A stretch of 64,000 nt of DNA from Nitrospirota bacterium. GTDB lineage: Bacteria > Nitrospirota > UBA9217. The notes beneath the pieces were generated by a model. It saw only the letters and a program-made list of their open reading frames with translations. It was not told where the DNA came from and did no database searches. Every line of letters starts with the position of its first letter. The stretch's first letter is position 1. The position numbers and the translations under genes were made by a program. The stretch is taken from contig CAWJQQ010000001.1 in NCBI GenBank assembly GCA_963845065.1, positions 1,120,001 to 1,184,000 of the forward strand. The letters run 5' to 3'. Shown one piece after another: positions 9,371 through 19,898 of this stretch.

Positions 9371-11818
9371 ATGGACGATCTGAAAACTATATTAAACCGG
9401 ATCAGGAAGCCACTTGCTTTTGCAAGCAAGGACAATTTTGCGCATCTGCACAGTCTTGCTGCTCTGGAGCCGTTTATTCGGACGCAGGTAGAAGAGTTGA
9501 AGCGTTTTTTAGAAGAACGACGCGAGATATCAGATATTGAAAGCCTGTTTATTGGCTTTGACGATTTGCTCCCCGGTGTGAAGAAAGAGCGCATTATAAG
9601 GGCATGTGCGGTGATAGATTCTCTCGAGTTGGATAAACGAGCACCGACTCCTAAAAACTATACGCCTTCTCCAATACCTATTGTTTCGCCAATGATGTCG
9701 GAACCATCCACATCACTCCGGCTCGATACCCCAATTCAATATTGCAAGGGCATTGGGCCGAAAAAGGCGGAAATGCTTCGGAAACTCGGCCTTTCCACGG
9801 TTGAAGATGCGCTGGAATACTTTCCCTGGCGTTACGAGGACCGTGGCAATCTCAAGAAAATCGGCAGTATTGCGTACGGATCATATGAGACCGTCTCCGG
9901 GGAGGTTGTATCTGCAGAAGTCATCTCTACCAAACGAAGGCGAGTGAAGGTATTTGAGCTCCTGATTACGGATAAAAGCGGCAAGCTGGTCGGTTCCTGG
10001 TTCAATCAGCCTTATATGCAAAAGATGTTTAAAAAAGGTCAGAGAGTCATCCTCTCCGGCGTTGTCAAGTCAAACCCGTATAAAGGCGGTTTTGCGCAGA
10101 TAGATAATCCTGATTATGAAATCATGGATAATGATGAGACAGATAATCTTATCCACACCGGCAGGACCGTTCCCATCTATAGGACCACTGCAGGATTGTC
10201 TGTCCGCTATCTTCGCAGTATGATGAAGACCATCCTTGATTCATGTAGCACTACTATGCTGGAAATGCTACCTCAGGAAATCGTTAACAAATATTCTCTT
10301 ATGCCCGTTCCGGATGCTTACTATGAAGTACATTTCCCAACATTCGAAAAAAACATTTCTGTTTTAAATCGTGGTATGAGCGCGGCCCATCGCAGACTAA
10401 GCTTTGAAGAACTTTTTGTCCTTGAGCTGGGGCTTGCGCTCAGAAAACGGAGTGTAGTCAAGGAAAAGAAGGGGATCTCATTCAAACCGGTGGACAGGCT
10501 GGAAGCCGAACTGAAGAAAAATTTACCTTTTAAATTGACAGGCGCCCAGGAGCGCGTGATCGCGGAGATCAAGCGAGATATGACCGCTGAGCGGCCCATG
10601 AACCGGTTGGTGCAGGGCGACGTGGGATCCGGCAAGACCGTTGTTGCCATGATTGCTTCACTTCTTGCTATTGAGAATGCGTATCAGACGTGCATCATGG
10701 CGCCAACTGAGATTCTCGCAGAGCAGCATTACAAAAATTTGACGGTTATGGCGCAACCCCTCGACGTTACTGTGCGATCACTCACCAGCAACCTTAAAAA
10801 AAAAGAAAAAGAAGCAGTTCTCGCCGATATCGAGTCCGGGACTGCACAGATCGTCGTCGGGACACATGCGCTCATCGAAGCGCAGGTAAAGTTCAAACGG
10901 CTTGGCCTTGCCATAATAGACGAACAGCATCGGTTCGGTGTAATGCAACGATCAACGCTTACGTCCAAGGGGTACAAAACGGATGTACTGGTCATGACCG
11001 CGACGCCAATACCGCGCACCCTGGCTATAACGGTCTATGGCGACCTTGACGTGTCCGTAATCGATGAAATGCCCTCGGGCAGGAGCCCGGTCATTACCCG
11101 GCTTTATTTTGAGAGCAAACGGAGCGAAGCGTATAATTTTCTAGAAAGTGAACTCGAAAAAGGCGGTCAGGTCTATGTGGTCTATCCACTCGTGGAAGAA
11201 AGCGAAAAGAGCGATCTCAAGGCTGCCACAGAGATGGCAGCCTATATGCAAAAAGACATCTTCCCTCACTGGAAAATCGGGTTGTTGCATGGAAGGATGA
11301 AGAGGAATGAGAAAGAGTCGGTCATGGCATCTTTCAAGGCTGGCGCAATCAACATCCTCGTTTCGACCACGGTGATCGAAGTCGGCGTGGACGTACCGAA
11401 CGCTACAGTCATGGTGATCGAGCACCCTGAGCGTTTCGGCCTAGCACAGCTTCACCAGTTGCGCGGACGTGTAGGGCGGGGTGGCCACCAGTCATACTGT
11501 ATTCTCATGGGGCCGCGAATGTTTGCTGTGGAAGCACGGGAACGTCTCACGGTTTTCAGCAGAACGAACGACGGCTTTAAAATCGCCGAGGAGGACCTTC
11601 GTCTGAGAGGCCCTGGAGATTTTTTTGGAACACGTCAATCAGGACTTCCGGACCTGCGTGCCGCAAACCTTATTCGCGACGCTGATTTACTCGAAACAAC
11701 AAGAATGGAAGCGTTCAACCTCCTTCTCCGCGATTCACAGCTTGCTCAGTATCCCAAACTTCGTGAACTACTGAAAAGGAAGTGGCAAGGAAAACTCGGT
11801 CTTATTGACGTGGGTTGA
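9371..11818 (+). CDS. recG: ATP-dependent DNA helicase RecG
   Basis: QGDVGSGKT, MAPTEILA.QH, DEQHRFG, MTATPIPRT, QLHQLRGRVGRG, DLRLRGPGDFFGTRQSG. Confidence 0.97.
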   Translation: MDDLKTILNRIRKPLAFASKDNFAHLHSLAALEPFIRTQVEELKRFLEERREISDIESLFIGFDDLLPGVKKERIIRACAVIDSLELDKRAPTPKNYTPSPIPIVSPMMSEPSTSLRLDTPIQYCKGIGPKKAEMLRKLGLSTVEDALEYFPWRYEDRGNLKKIGSIAYGSYETVSGEVVSAEVISTKRRRVKVFELLITDKSGKLVGSWFNQPYMQKMFKKGQRVILSGVVKSNPYKGGFAQIDNPDYEIMDNDETDNLIHTGRTVPIYRTTAGLSVRYLRSMMKTILDSCSTTMLEMLPQEIVNKYSLMPVPDAYYEVHFPTFEKNISVLNRGMSAAHRRLSFEELFVLELGLALRKRSVVKEKKGISFKPVDRLEAELKKNLPFKLTGAQERVIAEIKRDMTAERPMNRLVQGDVGSGKTVVAMIASLLAIENAYQTCIMAPTEILAEQHYKNLTVMAQPLDVTVRSLTSNLKKKEKEAVLADIESGTAQIVVGTHALIEAQVKFKRLGLAIIDEQHRFGVMQRSTLTSKGYKTDVLVMTATPIPRTLAITVYGDLDVSVIDEMPSGRSPVITRLYFESKRSEAYNFLESELEKGGQVYVVYPLVEESEKSDLKAATEMAAYMQKDIFPHWKIGLLHGRMKRNEKESVMASFKAGAINILVSTTVIEVGVDVPNATVMVIEHPERFGLAQLHQLRGRVGRGGHQSYCILMGPRMFAVEARERLTVFSRTNDGFKIAEEDLRLRGPGDFFGTRQSGLPDLRAANLIRDADLLETTRMEAFNLLLRDSQLAQYPKLRELLKRKWQGKLGLIDVG

Positions 11819-11939
11819 TATTTCCACGCCATTCTGATACATTAACATTACGAGGCTCGAGACATGTGGTGATGGATCAGGGGATGGAAGGAGCATTATT
11901 AATTGTAACAAGGCACGCTATTCGTCTCAAGGAGTTATC

Positions 11940-12308
11940 ATGAACATATGGGAAAGAGTTGTCCTGAACATGCAGAAAGGGGCGAAGAATGTCGCTGCCA
12001 CAGCCGCAACCTTCTCCGAACGAGTAAGGGTCGAAGTCGCAATCGTGCGACTTCGACTGCGCATCGATGAAGTCACTTCTAGAATCGCTGAGCTGCACAG
12101 GACGGTTGGTCGGAAGCTAGTAGATCTGCAAAAAAAAAATGCCTTGCCCAAGACGACTGATCAACTGCTCAAAGATGAGGATATCGTTGCAGCCATTGTC
12201 GAACTTGCTGACCGAGAACAGGAGATCGAGGAATTGAATAAGGAAATTAAAAACATCCAGACCGACTTTAAAACGACCATCCGGCAAACGGAGGATAGAA
12301 TAGTATGA
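11940..12308 (+). CDS. Hypothetical coiled-coil protein
   Basis: AAGGAG RBS, 122 aa helical/heptad-rich sequence, ATGA overlap with pilD. Confidence 0.75.
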   Translation: MNIWERVVLNMQKGAKNVAATAATFSERVRVEVAIVRLRLRIDEVTSRIAELHRTVGRKLVDLQKKNALPKTTDQLLKDEDIVAAIVELADREQEIEELNKEIKNIQTDFKTTIRQTEDRIV

Positions 12309-13132
12309 TCTCTATTGTAATACTCTTTTTCGGCCTCATCGTCGGCAGCTTTCTGAACGTCTGCATAGTGCGTTTGCCTCGCGGTCGGTCCATCGCAAAC
12401 CCGCCATCGCACTGCCCCCAGTGCCGGAATCCGATCAGATATTACGACAATATACCGATTATCAGTTTCATTATCCTGTGGGGAAAATGTAGAAGCTGCG
12501 GAGAACCGATTTCTTGGCGCTATCCGATAGTCGAATTGTTGAACGGGCTGTTCTACGTCTGGATCGTGAATGAATTCGGACTAAGCGGAGAAGCAGGCCT
12601 CATGATGGCTTTCTGCTCGTCGCTCATTGTCATAACCTTTATCGATTTCGACCACCAGATCATCCCTGACGTGATCACGATTCCGGGGATGCTCATCGGT
12701 CTATCGCTAGCTCCGTTTTTTATGTACCCTCTTACAGACCAGTTACCGTTTCATCTTAACCGGCTACTGCCTCATGCGGGGCCTTATCTCGTAGCGTTCA
12801 TGAATTCCCTCATCGGGCTCGTTCTCGGAGGCGGGCCGCTTCTTGCAATCGGCTGGGTATGGGAGAAGCTCAGGCACATCGAAGCAATGGGTGGCGGCGA
12901 TGTGAAGCTCATGGGCATGGTTGGGAGCTTCCTCGGCTGGAAGGGTGCACTGCTCACTATCATGCTCGGTGCAGTGGTCGGCTCAGTCGTCGGTGTTCTG
13001 TTGATTCTTTTGAAACGACACAAAATGGAGAAAGTCATACCGTTTGGTCCGTTTCTGGCTCTTGGTGCCGTGACAGCTGCTTTCTACGGTACAGATATCA
13101 TATCGTGGTACCTCAGTATGATTCGCATATGA
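12305..13132 (+). CDS. pilD: Prepilin peptidase / N-methyltransferase (A24)
   Basis: GSFLNV.I.R.P, two CxxC pairs, YP.VEL, ID...QIIPD, MGGGDVKL, PFGPFL. Confidence 0.95.
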   Translation: MISIVILFFGLIVGSFLNVCIVRLPRGRSIANPPSHCPQCRNPIRYYDNIPIISFIILWGKCRSCGEPISWRYPIVELLNGLFYVWIVNEFGLSGEAGLMMAFCSSLIVITFIDFDHQIIPDVITIPGMLIGLSLAPFFMYPLTDQLPFHLNRLLPHAGPYLVAFMNSLIGLVLGGGPLLAIGWVWEKLRHIEAMGGGDVKLMGMVGSFLGWKGALLTIMLGAVVGSVVGVLLILLKRHKMEKVIPFGPFLALGAVTAAFYGTDIISWYLSMIRI

Positions 13133-14388
13133 CCCGCCTAACTTTACTGATATTGTTACCTGCAGCTCTGATAATCATATTCGCGTCCTATGTACTTTGG
13201 AGCGCAACGCGACGTTTTCGGAGCGAATTTGGCAAGAAGACCGAGAAACATCAAAAGATCACCGACACGACATTCATCATCAATGCCTTTCAGGATGTCA
13301 CGAGACAACTCAAAGAAAACGAAAAAGAGCTTCAGCGGCTCAAGGCAGTTGCTGAACATCGTGCCGAGAACGTTGAAAGCTACAATGAAAATATTCTTCA
13401 ATGCGTTACGAGTGGAGTAATGTCTTTTGATATTCAGTGCCGGTTGATTACTATCAATCGCGCAGCGCAGGAAACGCTTGCCCTCAACCGCGTTCAGGTC
13501 ATAGGCAAAACCTCCCGGGACATCTTCGGCGCTGGCGATATCACCAAAGCAGTCCACGCTACGCTCGAACGCAAAATTCCCTCTGCCCGCATGGAGGCGA
13601 TGCTTTACCATGCAGGCAACCAGCTCTGGCTCGGTTACAATACGGCAGTGCTCACCGACAGGCATAATGCGGCTATCGGCGTGATTCTTTCGTTTACGGA
13701 CCTCACGGAAGTCAAGCGGCTTCAGGAGCAGGTGGAATTGAGGGAGAGGCTGACGGCGCTAGGTGAGATGTCCGCTGGTATTGCGCATGAACTGCGGAAC
13801 CCCATGGCGGTCATATCGGGCTATCTTAGCCTTCTTTCCAAGAGAACCGACCTCATCGGACAGGAAGTAATCCGAAAAACGATGGATGAAATCAACGGAA
13901 TGAACCGGATCATCGGTGATCTTTTGACTTTTGCACGGCCAGCATCTTTGAACCGTGTGAGTGTAAATAGCAAAGAGTTAATCGAAAGCTGTCTCGCAGC
14001 GGTAATCAAGGCCAAAGATATGGGACCCCGTCTCACAACTTCCATAAAGCTTGACGACATCCAGATATCATGCGATGAAGTACTTATGCGCCAGGCATTC
14101 AGCAACGTGATACAGAATGCAATCGAGTCCATGCTAGACGGAGGCAACCTTGTTATCGAAAGTAAAAGCGGAAAAGATCTGAAAATTATTATTCATGATA
14201 CAGGAATTGGCATCCCCTCCGATAACCTAAAAAAAATATTCCTCCCTTTTTATACAACCAAGGATTCGGGAGTGGGCTTGGGGCTTGCTCTTGCGCACAA
14301 GATCATAACCTCTCATGGTGGGAGGATAGAAGTGGAAAGCAAAATGGGGCAGGGCACGACATTCACGGTGTTGATTCCGGTGAGGTAG
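13129..14388 (+). CDS. Membrane-anchored PAS-domain sensor histidine kinase (PilS/AtoS-like)
   Basis: ATG at 13129 overlapping the pilD stop; N-terminal TM, PAS, H-box AHELRNP, N/G/F boxes (NAIE, DTGIGI, PFYTTK, GVGLGL). Confidence 0.9.
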   Translation: MTRLTLLILLPAALIIIFASYVLWSATRRFRSEFGKKTEKHQKITDTTFIINAFQDVTRQLKENEKELQRLKAVAEHRAENVESYNENILQCVTSGVMSFDIQCRLITINRAAQETLALNRVQVIGKTSRDIFGAGDITKAVHATLERKIPSARMEAMLYHAGNQLWLGYNTAVLTDRHNAAIGVILSFTDLTEVKRLQEQVELRERLTALGEMSAGIAHELRNPMAVISGYLSLLSKRTDLIGQEVIRKTMDEINGMNRIIGDLLTFARPASLNRVSVNSKELIESCLAAVIKAKDMGPRLTTSIKLDDIQISCDEVLMRQAFSNVIQNAIESMLDGGNLVIESKSGKDLKIIIHDTGIGIPSDNLKKIFLPFYTTKDSGVGLGLALAHKIITSHGGRIEVESKMGQGTTFTVLIPVR

Positions 14389-14395
14389 CGTTACT

Positions 14396-15781
14396 ATGGG
14401 GGATACGATACTCGTCGTCGAAGACAAGGAGAGCATGCTTGAAATGCTCAAACAAACACTCGAGGCGGAAGGCTATCAGGTGATATCTGCCAGGGACGGC
14501 AGTGAGGGTATTAGGAAGCTTTCTGATGAACGGATCGGGCTTGTGGTCACGGATCTTAAGCTGCCGAAGAAGGACGGCTTCGATGTTCTGAAAGCCGTGA
14601 AGCAGGAAAACCCTCTTCTTCCAGTCATCGTCATGACTGCTTTCGGTACTATCGAAACAGCCGTGCGAGCAGTCAAGGATGGAGCTTATGATTTCTTGAC
14701 CAAACCCTTTGATACCGACCACATGCTCGTTCTCATCAAGCGGGCACTCGATACGACTCGTCTCGCGGCCGAGAATATTCTGCTCAAAGAAGAATTTTCA
14801 GAGAAACTGGGCATGCCAAAGATCATCGGCAAGAGCAGCCAGATGCAGGAGATCACGTCTAAGATCCAGAAAGTCGCACCCACTAACGCTACAGTCCTGA
14901 TCTATGGCGAAAGCGGCACCGGTAAAGAACTCTTCGCGCGCGCAATTCATTACCTGAGCCAGCGCAAGGATGCACCGTTTATCGCTATCAATTCCGCTGC
15001 AATACCTCGAGAACTGCTCGAAAGCGAGTTGTTCGGTTACGAACGGGGTGCATTCACGGGAGCAGACGCCCGAAAACTGGGAAAGCTTGAACTTGCGAAC
15101 AACGGGACGGTATTCCTCGACGAGATCGGTGACATGGACCTGGCACTTCAGGCAAAATTGCTTCGCGTGCTGCAGGAACAGGTGATTGATCGCGTGGGAG
15201 GCGGAAAACCGATCAAGATCGACGTCCGTGTTGTTGCGGCAACGAATAAGGACTTAGTTAAAGCAGTGGCAGCAAAGGTGTTCCGCGATGACCTGTTTTA
15301 TCGCCTTAATGTGTTTCCTATTACAATATCTCCCCTTCGGGAACGGAGGGACGATATTCCTGCTCTGTCACAGAATTTCTTGAACAAATATACAGCGGAA
15401 GTGCGAAAAGGCCCGCTTGTAATCTCTGACGATGCCATGGACATCTTAATGAAGTCCCCCTGGAAGGGCAATGTAAGGGAACTGGAAAATGTCATTGAGC
15501 GCGCCGTGATTTACGCAGATGGTGGTATAATCCGCTCTCAGGACCTCGGCATCAATGAATCAAACATTATCGATGCTCTCGCGGAGCACGTGCCAATGGA
15601 CGGCCCTCTCCATCAAGTTGCTGAAGCAGCAACGCGTATAGCTGAGTCGCGCAGGATTAGACAGGTGCTCAAACAGACGGGTGGGAATAAGTCCCGGGCT
15701 GCTGAGGTCCTCCAGGTGAGCTATAAGACCTTACTTACAAAAATAAAGGATTATCAGCTAGAAGATAAAACAGAGAATTAG
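14396..15781 (+). CDS. Sigma54-dependent response regulator (PilR/NtrC-like)
   Basis: REC, GESGTGKE, ESELFGYERGAFTGA, FRDDLFYRL, WKGNVREL, HTH; follows its likely cognate kinase. Confidence 0.93.
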   Translation: MGDTILVVEDKESMLEMLKQTLEAEGYQVISARDGSEGIRKLSDERIGLVVTDLKLPKKDGFDVLKAVKQENPLLPVIVMTAFGTIETAVRAVKDGAYDFLTKPFDTDHMLVLIKRALDTTRLAAENILLKEEFSEKLGMPKIIGKSSQMQEITSKIQKVAPTNATVLIYGESGTGKELFARAIHYLSQRKDAPFIAINSAAIPRELLESELFGYERGAFTGADARKLGKLELANNGTVFLDEIGDMDLALQAKLLRVLQEQVIDRVGGGKPIKIDVRVVAATNKDLVKAVAAKVFRDDLFYRLNVFPITISPLRERRDDIPALSQNFLNKYTAEVRKGPLVISDDAMDILMKSPWKGNVRELENVIERAVIYADGGIIRSQDLGINESNIIDALAEHVPMDGPLHQVAEAATRIAESRRIRQVLKQTGGNKSRAAEVLQVSYKTLLTKIKDYQLEDKTEN

Positions 15782-15796
15782 CTGTGAGAATATTAG

Positions 15797-15843
15797 AAAT
15801 CAGCGCGGAAAACCACATATGCATGAGCGTGGCAGTGCGTCAG
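15797..15843 (+). repeat. Single-hairpin IS200/IS605-end-like mini-element, copy 1
   Basis: TTAG|AAATCAGCGCGGAAAACCACATATGCATGAGCGTGGCAGTGCGTCAG; aligns by eye with 34166-34214 and 47451-47499. Confidence 0.55.
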
Positions 15844-15854
15844 AGAGATTTTAC

Positions 15855-16394
15855 CATTTGCGTCGTAAAATCCCGTTTCTCTTCAGGGCATGGGTATACG
15901 GTGCTGGCTGCGAAGCAGCCAAAGAATGGATATTTTAATGTTTAATGATAGATTGACAATTGTTCTGACAATTGTTCACCTATTTACATTAATTTCCAAA
16001 CCGGAATCATATGTATCCGCGTTATAGAAGAAAAGAAGCACTACACGAACCATAACTGCTGTGTATATAATAAAAGGTATAAGGCTAGCCGTGTGCATCG
16101 TGGCCTCTACGTTTGTAAGCATTGCGGTGCCGTAATCCATGCTGATGTAAACGGCGCAATCAATATTCTTAAAAAGTCTCTTCCGGCGCAAATAAGAGTC
16201 TCTTGGAGTAGTGGCTGCCTGGCATACCTTCGGTCAACCGACGCGCCTGGAGAAAAACCAGGCCAGCAGCATCAGCACATAAAACCGGAACGTGGCAAAC
16301 ATCTCTGTCGCATCCGAAAACAGAATTAATGATGGCTCTCAGTAGTAGAGTCCGATTCAGGAATCCACGAATTTCAGGCCGGTCAGGATGTCAA
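15855..16394 (+). mobile_element. Internally deleted IS605-group element (degenerate left end, tnpB tail, right end)
   Basis: TTAC at 15851-54 followed by a degenerate left-end hairpin (CCCG...GGGCATGGGTAT); tnpB 3' fragment; right end GAAT(16361)...TCAA(16391-94). Confidence 0.6.
16093..16329 (+). pseudogene. tnpB: TnpB C-terminal fragment
   Basis: HRGLYVCKHCGAVIHADVNGAINILKK, the typical TnpB zinc-ribbon/RuvC-III tail. Confidence 0.8.
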
Positions 16395-16437
16395 AGGTCA
16401 TTTGTGTCTACACTTTTACCAAATTACAACGCTCATC

Positions 16438-18465
16438 ATGGAAAAGATACCTACTGAAATAAAGAAAAAAATGGAAAAGTTAGTAAGCGATATCAACGAG
16501 CACAATTACCGTTATCACGTCCTCGACGCCCCAGTCATCTCTGACGAAGAATACGACCGGCTCTTCAGACACTTGAAGGAGCTTGAGGAAAAGTACCATT
16601 ACCTCCTCCCCGATTCGCCTACCAAGCGCGTCGGAGCGCCGCCACTTGATAAATTCGAAAAAGTGAAGCACACTGTGCCCATGCTTTCCCTCGACAATGC
16701 TTTCACCCATGACGAGGTGCGTGAGTTTGACCAGCGCGTCAAACGTTTTCTGAAGTCTGATCAAAATGTCGAATACACAGTCGAGCCGAAGTATGATGGT
16801 CTCGCTATGGAACTCACGTATAGGAAAGGGTTGCTGGAAAAAGCTTCAACCCGCGGTGATGGCTACGAAGGCGAAGATGTTACCACAAACATTAAAACCA
16901 TCAGAGCAGTACCTCTCAAGATCGATGGGGTTCACGTCCCAGAAGAAATTGATATTCGCGGAGAAGTATATATGGATATCGACGAGTTCGAGAACCTAAA
17001 TAAAGAACGGGAAAAGAGCGATGAGCCGCTTTTTGCGAATCCACGCAATGCCGCAGCTGGTGCAGTGCGCCAGCTTGACTCCTCTATTACCGAGAAACGC
17101 AAACTTCATATGGCATGCTACGGATTAGGCACGGCAAAAGGAATAGAATTCAATGGCCAGGCGGATTTAATGGACTGGCTTAAAAAAGCCCATTTTCCGG
17201 TACCGCATTTTTTCAATATCGTAATAGGCATTGATAACGTTATTAACTCAATCAAGAAGATAGAAGAAAGTAGATCTCAATTTCCTTTTGAGACGGACGG
17301 TGCCGTTATCAAAGTCAACGATGCTAATCTTCAAAAAACGCTTGGCTTTAAAACCCGCGAGCCGCGCTGGGCAATTGCCTACAAATTTCCGGCACACCAG
17401 GGGACCACACAAGTTCAGGACATCATAGCGAGTGTGGGAAGAACGGGGGCAATAACACCGGTAGCGATGCTAAAACCCGTACAGATCGGGGGAGTTACAG
17501 TCTCGCGGTCAACTTTGCACAACTGGGACGAAATCGAGCGCAAAGATATCCGTATCGGTGATACTGTAGTCGTCGAACGTGCGGGAGACGTTATACCGCA
17601 TGTTGTAACTGTCATCATGGAAAAACGGACAGGTCAGGAAAAGAAATTTCTGCCTCCCGGAATCTGCCCAGTTTGCGGGTCGCACGTTGTGAGGGAAGAG
17701 GGTGAGGTTGCCTATCGTTGCATTGGACTGAACTGCGAGGCTCAGGTGCTTGAAAAAATCATCCACTATGCCTCACGCGGAGCCATGGACATCGAACATC
17801 TTGGCGAGAAAAATGTCGAACTTCTTTACAGTCAGGGTCTTATCAGACATTTCGTTGATCTTTATAAGCTTAAAAAGGTGCAACTGCTCGATCTTCCGCG
17901 TTACGCCGAAAAGTCGGCACAAAACCTGATCGATGCCATTGAGAAGAGCAGAACGACAACGCTCTCCCGCTTCCTTTACGCTCTCGGCATTCTACACGTC
18001 GGAGAGTATGCGGCTAAGCAGCTTGCTAAGAACTTCAAAAATCTTGATGATCTGTACCGTGTGAAGCCTGAACGCATCATGGAAATCAAACAGATGGGCG
18101 AGAAGCTTGCGGAATCGATCTCCAGTTTCTTCAGTGAAAAAGAAAATCTTCAGACCCTTGACGCTCTTAAGAAACTGGGGTTGAAAATAGTCAATGAGGA
18201 TTTCGAACGTGAAAGATCGATCAAAGCAATAAGACCATTGGAAGGACTTACTTTTGTTATTACAGGAACTTTATCTCGACCGCGGCAAGAATTAGAGGAA
18301 ATGATCGAACGTCTCGGAGGTCATGCGGCTGGCTCGGTGTCGAAAAAAACGAGCTACGTACTGGCAGGGGAAGCAGCAGGCAGCAAGTTGGATAGGGCAA
18401 GAGAACTCGGCGTGAAGGTGGTCGATGAAAAGAAATTTATGGAGATGGTTGAGGGACGCAAATGA
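16438..18465 (+). CDS. ligA: NAD-dependent DNA ligase
   Basis: EPKYDG, TRGDG..GEDVT, FANPRNAAAG, PRWAIAYKF, VGRTG, zinc finger, HhH, BRCT; ATG at 16438. Confidence 0.97.
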   Translation: MEKIPTEIKKKMEKLVSDINEHNYRYHVLDAPVISDEEYDRLFRHLKELEEKYHYLLPDSPTKRVGAPPLDKFEKVKHTVPMLSLDNAFTHDEVREFDQRVKRFLKSDQNVEYTVEPKYDGLAMELTYRKGLLEKASTRGDGYEGEDVTTNIKTIRAVPLKIDGVHVPEEIDIRGEVYMDIDEFENLNKEREKSDEPLFANPRNAAAGAVRQLDSSITEKRKLHMACYGLGTAKGIEFNGQADLMDWLKKAHFPVPHFFNIVIGIDNVINSIKKIEESRSQFPFETDGAVIKVNDANLQKTLGFKTREPRWAIAYKFPAHQGTTQVQDIIASVGRTGAITPVAMLKPVQIGGVTVSRSTLHNWDEIERKDIRIGDTVVVERAGDVIPHVVTVIMEKRTGQEKKFLPPGICPVCGSHVVREEGEVAYRCIGLNCEAQVLEKIIHYASRGAMDIEHLGEKNVELLYSQGLIRHFVDLYKLKKVQLLDLPRYAEKSAQNLIDAIEKSRTTTLSRFLYALGILHVGEYAAKQLAKNFKNLDDLYRVKPERIMEIKQMGEKLAESISSFFSEKENLQTLDALKKLGLKIVNEDFERERSIKAIRPLEGLTFVITGTLSRPRQELEEMIERLGGHAAGSVSKKTSYVLAGEAAGSKLDRARELGVKVVDEKKFMEMVEGRK

Positions 18466-19307
18466 GGCTTGGTTTTCACGTTTCAATCTCCGGAGGATTT
18501 TCTTACTCAGTGCAGCGTGCTTTCGAGCTGGGTTGCACCTGTATGCAGATATTCTGTCGAAATCCTCGCGGTTGGATTGTGAAGCCGCTCGATAAAGACG
18601 ATATAAATGAATTCAAAAAATTACGTGAACAGTGGGACATCGGCCCTGTTTTTGTCCATACGAATTATCTTATCAACCTTGCCTCCTCTCGTCCTGACCT
18701 CTACGAAAAATCTATTGAGCAATTTGTGATAGACATGGAACGAACAGAAGCGTTAGGAGCTGAATATCTTGTGACACATCTGGGCTCGGCGAGCGGAGCG
18801 GACCCGGCATGGATGATCAACCGCGTGTCAGATGCTATCAATATGGCTATGAAACTTCATCCACCCATATCGACGATCCTTCTTGAAAATACCGCAGGTG
18901 AGAAGGGTGATATAGGTTATAATTTAGAACAGATTCAGGAGGTCATTTCCAAACTAAAAGATGCCACACGCATAGGTATCTGTTACGATACTTGCCACGG
19001 CTTTGCCGCTGGGTATGATATCCGTACGAAGAAGCACGTAGAAGCTCTTGCAAAAAAGATGGATTCAACAGTGGGGCTTAAGCGTCTGAAGGGTTTGCAT
19101 CTCAATGATTGTCTTCGAGACTTCGGTTCCCATGTGGACCGGCACTGGCACATTGGCGAAGGGAAAATTGGGCTTGATGGTTTTAAAGTATTACTTAACC
19201 ATTCTGCGTTCAAAAACGTTCCGAAGATCATGGAAACTCCAAAAGAGACAGAAGAGGATGATATCCGGAACATGAAAACTGTAAAATCGCTCGTAATAAA
19301 GAACTAG
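18462..19307 (+). CDS. nfo: Endonuclease IV (AP endonuclease)
   Basis: GFHVSISGG, H..YLINLAS, LLENTAG, DTCH.FAAGYD, HLND, DRH.HIGEG, METP. Confidence 0.95.
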   Translation: MRLGFHVSISGGFSYSVQRAFELGCTCMQIFCRNPRGWIVKPLDKDDINEFKKLREQWDIGPVFVHTNYLINLASSRPDLYEKSIEQFVIDMERTEALGAEYLVTHLGSASGADPAWMINRVSDAINMAMKLHPPISTILLENTAGEKGDIGYNLEQIQEVISKLKDATRIGICYDTCHGFAAGYDIRTKKHVEALAKKMDSTVGLKRLKGLHLNDCLRDFGSHVDRHWHIGEGKIGLDGFKVLLNHSAFKNVPKIMETPKETEEDDIRNMKTVKSLVIKN

Positions 19308-19404
19308 AGTGCTGCATGAGAACAGATTTTATGAAAGAGAGAATTGATTTGAGAAAGGAGTTCATCTCTTTTCAAAAGAATTATATATCTGATAGGGGGA
19401 TCAT

Positions 19405-19860
19405 TTGATAAAATATCTAAGCTCAGCTTTCCTTTTCATAATACTGATTACAATCCCAGTATATGCTGCGAGCAAAGACGATATCGTCGGTATTTGGAAT
19501 AACGAGGAGAAAGACGCGAAAATCGAGATATTCAAATGCGCTGAAAAATACTGCGGCAAGATTATATGGCTTAAAGTACCAAGTTATCCGGCAGATTCAA
19601 AGGACGGCGTTCCCGGGACTCAGAAGCTTGATCGAAATAATCCTGATCTTGTGCTCAGGGCAAGACCGATTCTTGGTCTCGAGATAGTACAGAATTTTAT
19701 TTATAAAGGTGAAAATAAGTGGGTAGACGGGAAAATATACGACCCGAAGAACGGCAAGACTTACAGTGGTAAAATGACCCTGGTCTTGCCGAATCAACTT
19801 GGCTTACGGGGGTTCATTGGGATATCTTTGCTTGGCCGGACAACAACATGGACAAGGTAA
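19405..19860 (+). CDS. Secreted DUF2147 family protein
   Basis: Signal peptide, IVGIW, YCGKIIWL, D.NNPD..LR.RPILGL, GKIYDPKNGKTY, GRTTTWTR. Confidence 0.88.
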   Translation: MIKYLSSAFLFIILITIPVYAASKDDIVGIWNNEEKDAKIEIFKCAEKYCGKIIWLKVPSYPADSKDGVPGTQKLDRNNPDLVLRARPILGLEIVQNFIYKGENKWVDGKIYDPKNGKTYSGKMTLVLPNQLGLRGFIGISLLGRTTTWTR

Positions 19861-19898
19861 ACAAGGTGAAAGTATAGGAGGAGAGGAGTACGCTGTTC

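Noticed and set aside
12859..13128. N-terminal extension of the kinase ORF (likewise 6633-6908, 16402-16437, 44963-45040)
   Set aside because: Overlaps upstream genes or IS ends; downstream starts fit the family N-termini better
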